Source of the DNA: an uncultured Clostridia bacterium
GTDB lineage: Bacteria > Bacillota > Clostridia > RUG12999
Assembly (NCBI GenBank): GCA_934792465.1
Contig: CAKVOK010000001.1
Span: 37,144-101,143, forward strand
Reading direction: 5' to 3'
DNA length: 64,000 bases
Positions within the stretch are counted from its first letter, which is position 1; each line of letters begins with the position of its first letter. Positions 57,256-64,000 of the stretch are shown in pieces. The notes beneath the pieces were generated by a model that saw only the letters and a list, made by a program, of their open reading frames with translations, had not been told where the DNA came from and made no database searches. Both the position numbers and the translations under genes were made by a program.

Positions 57256-58689
57256 ATGAGAAAAATAAATGAAGAATGCGGAGTATTCGGAATATATGCA
57301 AATGAAAAAACAGATGTTGCATCACCGGTGTATTACGGACTTTTCGCATTGCAGCACAGAGGGCAGGAAAGCTGCGGAATCGTAGTGAATGATGACGGTT
57401 TGTTCCATCCGTACAAAGATACCGGACTTGTCAACGATGTTTTTACACCGGCAGTAATGGAAAGTCTCGGCGAGGGGAATATCGCAGTAGGTCATGTGAG
57501 ATACGGTACAACGGGTACGGACGGCAGACTTAACGCACAGCCGATAGTTGTAAATCATATAAAAGGAAGAATGGCGCTTGCACATAACGGAAATCTGGTT
57601 AATTCATACGAACTCAGACGTGAACTTGAAATGGAAGGTTCTATTTTCCACACGACAAGCGACACGGAGGTTATCTCATATTTCGTAACGAAAGAAAGAA
57701 TTAATGCACCGTCCATAGAAGAGGCCGTAAATCGTGCAATGAACAAAATCAAAGGTGCATACTCGCTTGTTATAATGTCGCCGTCGAAGCTCATTGCGGT
57801 GAGAGATGAAAACGGTTTCAGACCTCTTTGCTACGGGAAACGCAAGGACGGCAGCTATGTTGTGGCTTCCGAAACCTGCGCACTCGATGCCGTTGGTGCG
57901 GAATATATACGCGACGTTGAGCCGGGTGAAATCGTTATTTTCGATAAAGACGGAGTAAGATTTATAAAAGACCATTGCGGAAAGGCAAAATACGCAAGAT
58001 GTATATTTGAATATATTTATTTTGCACGCCCGGATTCGTGCATAGACGGAGTAAGCGTTCATGACGCAAGGCTTAAAGCGGGTGCCTGTCTGGCTATGGA
58101 ACACCCGGTTCATGCGGACGTTGTTGTGGGAGTTCCGGATTCGGGAATAGACGCAGCAATAGGATATTCCCGACAGTCCGGCATACCTTACGGTGTTGGA
58201 TTTATAAAAAATAAGTATATAGGAAGAACGTTTATTTCTCCGGGACAGAAATCACGTGAGGATAAAGTTAAAATCAAGCTTAATACAATATCTGAAACGA
58301 TTAAGGGGAAACGTGTCGTGCTGGTTGACGACTCCATAGTAAGGGGAACAACCTGTGCGAGAATAGTTAAGCTTCTGCGTGAAGCAGGGGCAACAGAAGT
58401 GCATATGAGAGTTTCGGCACCGCCGTTTTTGAATCCGTGTTACTACGGAACGGATATAGATTCGAGAGATTCTCTTATTGCCTGCAATCATACGATTGAT
58501 GAAATACGTGATATAATAGGTGTTGATACATTGGGATACCTTAATGTCGAACATCTTTCGATGCTTATCGGGACGGAAAAAGGCTGCGGATATTGCGATG
58601 CTTGTTTCAGCAACGATTATCCGACACAGATCCCCGAAGATAGAGGAAAGAGCAGATTTGAACATAAAATAAGCCAAAGAGGAGAATGA
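57256..58689 (+). CDS. purF: Amidophosphoribosyltransferase
   Basis: N-terminal CGVFGI (Ntn Cys), PRT-type motif, and a C-terminal Cys cluster (…CGYCDAC…). Confidence 0.9.
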   Translation: MRKINEECGVFGIYANEKTDVASPVYYGLFALQHRGQESCGIVVNDDGLFHPYKDTGLVNDVFTPAVMESLGEGNIAVGHVRYGTTGTDGRLNAQPIVVNHIKGRMALAHNGNLVNSYELRRELEMEGSIFHTTSDTEVISYFVTKERINAPSIEEAVNRAMNKIKGAYSLVIMSPSKLIAVRDENGFRPLCYGKRKDGSYVVASETCALDAVGAEYIRDVEPGEIVIFDKDGVRFIKDHCGKAKYARCIFEYIYFARPDSCIDGVSVHDARLKAGACLAMEHPVHADVVVGVPDSGIDAAIGYSRQSGIPYGVGFIKNKYIGRTFISPGQKSREDKVKIKLNTISETIKGKRVVLVDDSIVRGTTCARIVKLLREAGATEVHMRVSAPPFLNPCYYGTDIDSRDSLIACNHTIDEIRDIIGVDTLGYLNVEHLSMLIGTEKGCGYCDACFSNDYPTQIPEDRGKSRFEHKISQRGE

Positions 58690-58691
58690 AT

Positions 58692-59729
58692 ATGAAAAGC
58701 TTCAGCGAAAGTTATAAAGATGCAGGTGTGGATATTACGGCAGGATACAAAGCAGTTGAACTGATGAAGCAGCACATTGCGAAAACGGTAACAAAAGGTG
58801 TTCTCTCGGGGATAGGGAATTTCGGCGGACTTTTTGAACTTGACATGACAGGCATAACGAAACCTGTACTTGTAAGCGGCACGGACGGTGTGGGAACAAA
58901 GCTGAAAATGGCATTTTTGATGGACAAACATGACACGGTAGGCATAGACTGCGTTGCAATGTGTGTGAACGACATCATCTGCTGCGGAGCAAAGCCGCTC
59001 TTGTTCCTGGATTATATAGCAACGGGAAAAAACTATCCCGAAAAGATTGCCGAAATAGTGAAAGGAGTTTCGGAGGGCTGCGTGCAGTCCGGAAGTGCTC
59101 TCATAGGCGGTGAAACAGCCGAAATGCCGGGATTTTATCCGGAGGACGAATACGACCTTGCCGGCTTCTCTGTCGGTATAGTGGATAAAGATAAGATACT
59201 CGATAATTCAACGGTGAAAGCCGGCGACGTTATAATCGCCCTGCCGTCAAGCGGTGTTCATTCAAACGGATTTTCTCTTGTAAGAAAAGTATTTGATGTT
59301 GAAAACAGTGACATAAAATCGCCTGTTGCAGAGCTTGGCGGAAAGTCAATCGGCGAAACGCTTTTAACTCCTACGAAGATATATGTAAAGCCGATGCTTG
59401 CGTTGTTTGATGAAATTACGGTAAAAGCCGTATCTCATATAACGGGCGGCGGTTTTTACGAGAATATGCCGAGAAGTATTCCGAACGGCTTCGGTGCAAA
59501 GATAGAAAAATCGGCAGTTAAAGTTCTTCCGATATTCGACCTTATCGCAAAATGCGGCGGGATTCCGGAAAGAGATATGTTCAATACGTTTAATATGGGC
59601 GTGGGAATGAGCATTATTGCAGATAAAAACGATGCCGACCGTGCACTTGAAATCTTAAAAGCAAACGGAGAGAATGCATATATAATCGGTGAAATTGTAA
59701 AGTCGGACGAGGGTGTTGAGATATGCTGA
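58692..59729 (+). CDS. purM: Phosphoribosylformylglycinamidine cyclo-ligase (AIR synthetase)
   Basis: …SYKDAGVDI… and …[11 protein letters not shown]… PurM motifs. Confidence 0.9.
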   Translation: MKSFSESYKDAGVDITAGYKAVELMKQHIAKTVTKGVLSGIGNFGGLFELDMTGITKPVLVSGTDGVGTKLKMAFLMDKHDTVGIDCVAMCVNDIICCGAKPLLFLDYIATGKNYPEKIAEIVKGVSEGCVQSGSALIGGETAEMPGFYPEDEYDLAGFSVGIVDKDKILDNSTVKAGDVIIALPSSGVHSNGFSLVRKVFDVENSDIKSPVAELGGKSIGETLLTPTKIYVKPMLALFDEITVKAVSHITGGGFYENMPRSIPNGFGAKIEKSAVKVLPIFDLIAKCGGIPERDMFNTFNMGVGMSIIADKNDADRALEILKANGENAYIIGEIVKSDEGVEIC

Positions 59730-60337
59730 GGGCGAAAATAGCGGTTTTTGTATCGGGCGGCGGCACAAACCTGCAGGCACTTATAGATGCGGAGAAAAGC
59801 GGCATAATAAAAAGCGGAGAAATCACGCTTGTTATATCGAACAAAGACGGTGTTTATGCGCTTGAAAGAGCCGAAACGGCAGGGATAAAAAATGTAAGCG
59901 TAAATAAGAAATCATGCACTTCGCAGCAAGAATTTGAAGAAAAAATTATTGCGATTCTCGAAGAAAACAAAATTGACGTAATCGTCCTTGCCGGATTTTT
60001 AAGTATCTTAAGCAGCGATTTTACAAAGAAATATAGAAACCGTATAATAAACGTTCACCCGTCGCTGATACCGTCTTTCTGCGGAAAAGGCTACTACGGA
60101 TTGAAGGTTCATGAAGCAGCACTGAATTACGGTGTAAAGGTTACGGGAGCAACGGTGCATTTTGTGAACGAAATTCCGGACGGCGGAAAGATAATAAAGC
60201 AAAAAGCGGTTTATATAAAGGAAAACGATACGCCCGAAATACTTCAAAAGCGTGTTATGGAGGAAGCGGAATGGAAAATTTTGCCCGAAGCAACAGAAGA
60301 AGTATGTGCGGATATAATTAAGGAGTTATGGTCATGA
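59723..60337 (+). CDS. purN: Phosphoribosylglycinamide formyltransferase
   Basis: [15 protein letters not shown] and …NVHPSLIP… formyl-transferase motifs. Confidence 0.85.
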   Translation: MLRAKIAVFVSGGGTNLQALIDAEKSGIIKSGEITLVISNKDGVYALERAETAGIKNVSVNKKSCTSQQEFEEKIIAILEENKIDVIVLAGFLSILSSDFTKKYRNRIINVHPSLIPSFCGKGYYGLKVHEAALNYGVKVTGATVHFVNEIPDGGKIIKQKAVYIKENDTPEILQKRVMEEAEWKILPEATEEVCADIIKELWS

Positions 60338-61047
60338 ATGTATATAAGACAGAAAAAATAGAGAACATCTTAAAACCGAATCCGTATGCCGGCAGAGGCA
60401 TAATAATAGGCAAATCGGAAAATTCGGCAGTTGTTGCATATTTCATAATGGGAAGAAGCGAGAACAGCAGAAACCGTATATTTGAGGAAAAAGGCAGCGA
60501 AGTTATAATATATCCGTATGATGCTTCGAAGGTGGAGGATCCGTCGCTTATAATTTATTCTCCGATTAGGGAATATGAAAATAATCTCATTGTTACAAAC
60601 GGCGACCAGACAGATACAATTTATGATTTTTTAAGCAGCGGAAAGACGTTTGAAGACGCACTGAATACACGTGAGTTTGAACCCGATATACCGAATTTTA
60701 CACCGAGAATAAGCGGTATCCTTACCTTTGCGGACGGAGATTTCACGTACAAAATGAGTATCTTAAAGAGTGCGGATTCTGTAGGCAGTGCTTGCAGCAG
60801 ATATACTTTCGCTTATCCGGCACTGTGCGGAGTGGGGCATTTTATACATACGTATATAACGGACGGAAATCCGATACCGACTTTTTGCGGAGAACCGGAA
60901 AGAGTGGAAATACAGAATGATATAGATGTGTTTACTTCAAATATATGGGAAAGTCTGGATGTCAACAATAAAATTTCGTTGTATGTCAGATATATTGATT
61001 TAAAAACAGGCAAAACGGAAAACAGAATGATAAATAAAAATAAATAA
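60334..61047 (+). CDS. IMP cyclohydrolase (PurO-like, stand-alone)
   Basis: About 237 aa. Pattern …NPYAGRGIIIG… resembles the archaeal-type IMP cyclohydrolase family found in Clostridia. It lies inside the pur operon next to an AICARFT-only purH. Confidence 0.6.
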   Translation: MNVYKTEKIENILKPNPYAGRGIIIGKSENSAVVAYFIMGRSENSRNRIFEEKGSEVIIYPYDASKVEDPSLIIYSPIREYENNLIVTNGDQTDTIYDFLSSGKTFEDALNTREFEPDIPNFTPRISGILTFADGDFTYKMSILKSADSVGSACSRYTFAYPALCGVGHFIHTYITDGNPIPTFCGEPERVEIQNDIDVFTSNIWESLDVNNKISLYVRYIDLKTGKTENRMINKNK

Positions 61048-61059
61048 CGGAGGAGCAGA

Positions 61060-62496
61060 ATGGACACGTCAAAAAGAAAATATATATCACCGTTTTCGAC
61101 AAGATATGCAAGCGATGAAATGCAGTATATTTTTTCGGAAGAATATAAATTCAAAACATGGAGAAAACTCTGGATTGCTCTTGCAAAGGCGGAAAAAGAA
61201 CTCGGACTCGATATAACGGACGAGCAGATTGCGGAGCTTGAAAAGTATAAAGACGATATTAATTTTGAGGTTGCGCAGGAAAGAGAAAAACAGGTTCGTC
61301 ACGATGTTATGAGTCATGTTTACGCATACGGTCGGCAATGCCCGAAAGCGGAGCCAATCATACACCTCGGAGCAACAAGCTGCTATGTCGGCGACAACAC
61401 GGACGTAATTATTATGAGAGAAGCTTCGGAGCTTGTAATAAAAAAAGCGGTACAGGTGCTTAAAAACTTGTCCGAATTTGCAATGAAATATAAAGGTATG
61501 CCATGTCTTGCATATACGCATCTTCAGCCGGCGCAACTGACTACCGTCGGGAAAAGAGCAACTCTTTGGATGTATGAACTGGAGCAGGATATAAAGGAAA
61601 TGCAGCATAGACTTGATGAACTTTTGCTCCTCGGTTCAAAGGGAACAACCGGAACTCAGGCAAGCTTTATAGAGCTTTTTGAGGGTGATGAAGAAAAGGT
61701 TAAGGCTTTGGAAGAAAAAATTGCAAAAAGCATGAACTTCAAAGGCAGCGTTGCCGTTTCGGGTCAGACGTATTCAAGAAAAACAGACGCATATTTCCTT
61801 GCGGTGCTTTCGGGATTTGCACAGAGCGCATATAAATTCTCGAACGATTTAAGATTATTGCAATCGTTTGAAGAAATGGAAGAACCGTTTGAAAAAAATC
61901 AGATCGGTTCGTCTGCAATGCCGTATAAGCGCAATCCTATGAGAAGCGAAAGAATATCTTCACTTGCAAGATATGTTATAATAGATTCGGTAAACCCGGC
62001 AATGACAGCCGGAACGCAGTGGTTTGAAAGAACGCTCGACGACAGCGCAAACAAGAGAATTTCCGTTGCGGAAGCGTTTCTTGCGGTGGACGCAATACTT
62101 AATATTTATATAAATATAAGTGCCGGACTCGTTGTATACGATAAGGTAATACGCCGTCGTGTCATGGAAAAACTGCCGTTTATGGCTACGGAAAATATAA
62201 TGATGGAATCCGTGAAAAAAGGCGGCAATCGCCAGGAACTTCACGAAAGACTTCGTGTACATTCTCATGCGGCTGCGGCAAAGGTAAAGCTGGAGGGCGG
62301 CGCAAACGACCTTATAGAGAGAATAGCGGCGGACGATGCATTTCCGCTTGATGCAGACGAAATAAAAGAGCATCTCAAACCTGAAAAGTATATCGGAAGA
62401 AGCGTTTCGCAGGTGGAAGAATTTCTTGAAAACGAAATCAAACCGATGCTTAATTCTTTGTATAAAGAAGAAGTTGTTTCAAAGCTTAATGTTTAA
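61060..62496 (+). CDS. purB: Adenylosuccinate lyase
   Basis: 478 aa. Fumarate-lyase signature …SSAMPYKRNP…. Confidence 0.9.
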   Translation: MDTSKRKYISPFSTRYASDEMQYIFSEEYKFKTWRKLWIALAKAEKELGLDITDEQIAELEKYKDDINFEVAQEREKQVRHDVMSHVYAYGRQCPKAEPIIHLGATSCYVGDNTDVIIMREASELVIKKAVQVLKNLSEFAMKYKGMPCLAYTHLQPAQLTTVGKRATLWMYELEQDIKEMQHRLDELLLLGSKGTTGTQASFIELFEGDEEKVKALEEKIAKSMNFKGSVAVSGQTYSRKTDAYFLAVLSGFAQSAYKFSNDLRLLQSFEEMEEPFEKNQIGSSAMPYKRNPMRSERISSLARYVIIDSVNPAMTAGTQWFERTLDDSANKRISVAEAFLAVDAILNIYINISAGLVVYDKVIRRRVMEKLPFMATENIMMESVKKGGNRQELHERLRVHSHAAAAKVKLEGGANDLIERIAADDAFPLDADEIKEHLKPEKYIGRSVSQVEEFLENEIKPMLNSLYKEEVVSKLNV

Positions 62497-62507
62497 GGAG
62501 AATGATT

Positions 62508-63692
62508 ATGAAAGAATTTGAACTTAAATACGGATGTAACCCGAATCAGAAACCGGCAAAAATTTATATGGCGGACGGCAGCGACCTTCCGATTGAAATA
62601 TTAAACGGAAAACCGGGGTATATAAATTTTCTTGATGCGTTCAACAGCTGGCAGCTTGTAAAAGAAATAAAAGCCGCTGTCGGAATGGTGTGCGCAGCGT
62701 CTTTTAAGCACGTAAGCCCCACATCGGCGGCAGTTGCCGTGAAAATGGACGACAAGCTGAAAAAAGCCTGCTTTGTTGACGATATTGAAGGACTGGACGA
62801 ATCTCCGCTCGCAACGGCATATGCAAGAGCCAGGGGAACGGACAGAATGTCATCGTTCGGCGATTTTATAGCACTTTCCGATGTGTGCGACGTAACAACG
62901 GCGAATATTATCGCAAGAGAGGTTTCTGACGGCGTTATCGCACCGGGATATGAACCCGAAGCATTGGAAATCCTAAAAGGCAAGAGAAAGGGCACATATA
63001 ATATAATAAAAATAGACGAAAATTATGTTCCTGCCGAAATAGAAGAAAAACAGGTTTACGGCGTAACTTTCAGACAGGGAAGAAATAATTTTGAAATAAA
63101 CGAATCGTTGTTAAACGAAATCGTTACGGAAAATAAAGAGCTTCCCGATACGGCGAAAAGAGATTTGATAATTGCGCTTATTACATTAAAATATACGCAG
63201 TCGAACTCGGTATGCTACGTCCGTGACGGACAGGCGATAGGCGTGGGAGCCGGTCAGCAGTCGAGAATACATTGCACACGTCTTGCCGGAAATAAGGCGG
63301 ATATATGGCATTTAAGACAGCACGACAAGGTTTTGAATCTGCCGTTTAAGGAAGAAATAAAACGTGCCGAACGCGATAACGCTATAGACGTCTATATATC
63401 GGAGGATTGCGAAGATGTACTTGCAGACGGAATATGGCAGACATTGTTTACGAGAAAGCCGGAACCGTTTACGAAAGAAGAACAAAAAGCATATCTTAAA
63501 ACAATATCCGGTGTTGCAATAGGCTCGGACGCATTTTTCCCTTTTGGCGACAATATAGACAGAGCGGCGAAAAGCGGCGTCACATATGTTGCGCAGCCGG
63601 GCGGTTCGATACGTGACGAAAACGTAATTGAAGCCTGCAATAAATACGGTATGGTAATGGCATTTACTCACATGAGATTATTCCATCATTAA
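62508..63692 (+). CDS. purH: Phosphoribosylaminoimidazolecarboxamide formyltransferase (AICARFT domain only)
   Basis: About 394 aa AICARFT-like domain without the MGS/IMPCH N-domain. AAGGAGA RBS 7 nt before the ATG at 62508. Confidence 0.7.
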   Translation: MKEFELKYGCNPNQKPAKIYMADGSDLPIEILNGKPGYINFLDAFNSWQLVKEIKAAVGMVCAASFKHVSPTSAAVAVKMDDKLKKACFVDDIEGLDESPLATAYARARGTDRMSSFGDFIALSDVCDVTTANIIAREVSDGVIAPGYEPEALEILKGKRKGTYNIIKIDENYVPAEIEEKQVYGVTFRQGRNNFEINESLLNEIVTENKELPDTAKRDLIIALITLKYTQSNSVCYVRDGQAIGVGAGQQSRIHCTRLAGNKADIWHLRQHDKVLNLPFKEEIKRAERDNAIDVYISEDCEDVLADGIWQTLFTRKPEPFTKEEQKAYLKTISGVAIGSDAFFPFGDNIDRAAKSGVTYVAQPGGSIRDENVIEACNKYGMVMAFTHMRLFHH

Positions 63693-63711
63693 TATTCGGG
63701 AGGATTTCACT

Positions 63712-64000
63712 ATGAAAATAATGGTAGTAGGCGGAGGCGGACGTGAACACGCCATAATAAAGAAGCTTAAAGAAAATAAAAATGTTGAAAAAATATATGT
63801 GCTGCCGGGAAACGGCGGTATTGCCAACGATGCGGAATGTGTCGATATAGGCGCAAAGGATATTGAGAAAATTACGGCATTTGCAAAGGATAACAACATA
63901 GATTTTGCGGTTGTTGCTCCGGACGACCCGCTTGTTTTGGGAGCGGTGGACGAGCTTAACAAAATCGGTGTGCCATGCTTCGGACCGGACAAAAAAGCGG
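63712..64000 (+). CDS. purD: Phosphoribosylamine--glycine ligase (partial, continues beyond the window)
   Basis: MKIMVVGGGGREHAI… diagnostic N-terminus. GGGAGGA RBS. Confidence 0.85.
   Translation, partial: MKIMVVGGGGREHAIIKKLKENKNVEKIYVLPGNGGIANDAECVDIGAKDIEKITAFAKDNNIDFAVVAPDDPLVLGAVDELNKIGVPCFGPDKKA

Noticed and set aside
1-64000. Mobile elements, prophage, tRNA or rRNA
   Set aside because: No transposase or integrase-like ORFs, no terminal inverted repeats flanking a cargo, no tRNA-like GTTCGAATCC T-arm signatures, and no rRNA-like blocks were seen.

Overview
This 64 kb window looks like chromosomal DNA from a sporulating Firmicute of the class Clostridia (about 45% GC). Ribosome-binding sites are GGAGG-like, and there is a spoIIAA-spoIIAB-sigF operon, SLH domains, a YitT protein and a DUF3793 protein.

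Most of the window is housekeeping. Genes called include NUDIX, trxB, flavodoxin, a cysteine desulfurase-like protein with its DUF3343 partner, brnQ, metY with a LysR regulator, a YnbB-type PLP enzyme, valS, eda-kdgK, a split transketolase, YfcE, an AI-2E permease, a polar amino-acid ABC transporter, yerC, nnr, the ydcC-alr-mazE-mazF block, dinB, uppP, mutS2, pgeF, a HAD-IIA hydrolase and an RluA-family synthase. The last part is a pur operon (purE-C-F-M-N, a PurO-like IMP cyclohydrolase, purB, an AICARFT-only purH, and a partial purD). I think this operon is preceded by a ZTP (pfl) riboswitch. No transposase, integrase, CRISPR array, tRNA or rRNA was recognisable.

The most unusual locus is a minus-strand cassette at about 20.8-25.3 kb. 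A 728-aa secreted protein with tandemly duplicated GLUG-type beta-helix domains sits upstream. It is followed by an unannotated 55-aa ORF with a strong RBS and a GC hairpin after its stop. Below that are four tightly overlapping genes: a copper-amine-oxidase-N-like secreted domain protein, a 4-TM membrane protein, an HPr-kinase-C-like P-loop protein and a soluble S24/S26-type peptidase. The operon ends at a clean bidirectional terminator. I cannot match this arrangement to any described peptide-modification or signalling system.

Other items worth a second look are an intergenic tandem repeat of about 90 bp (2.6 copies) whose three hairpins are kept by compensatory changes, a perfect 12-2-12 inverted repeat between trxB and flavodoxin, an SBP-SLH fusion protein, a tandem AbrB plus zinc-ribbon protein, and a J-like protein lacking HPD with a 13-Cys tail paired with DUF5685.
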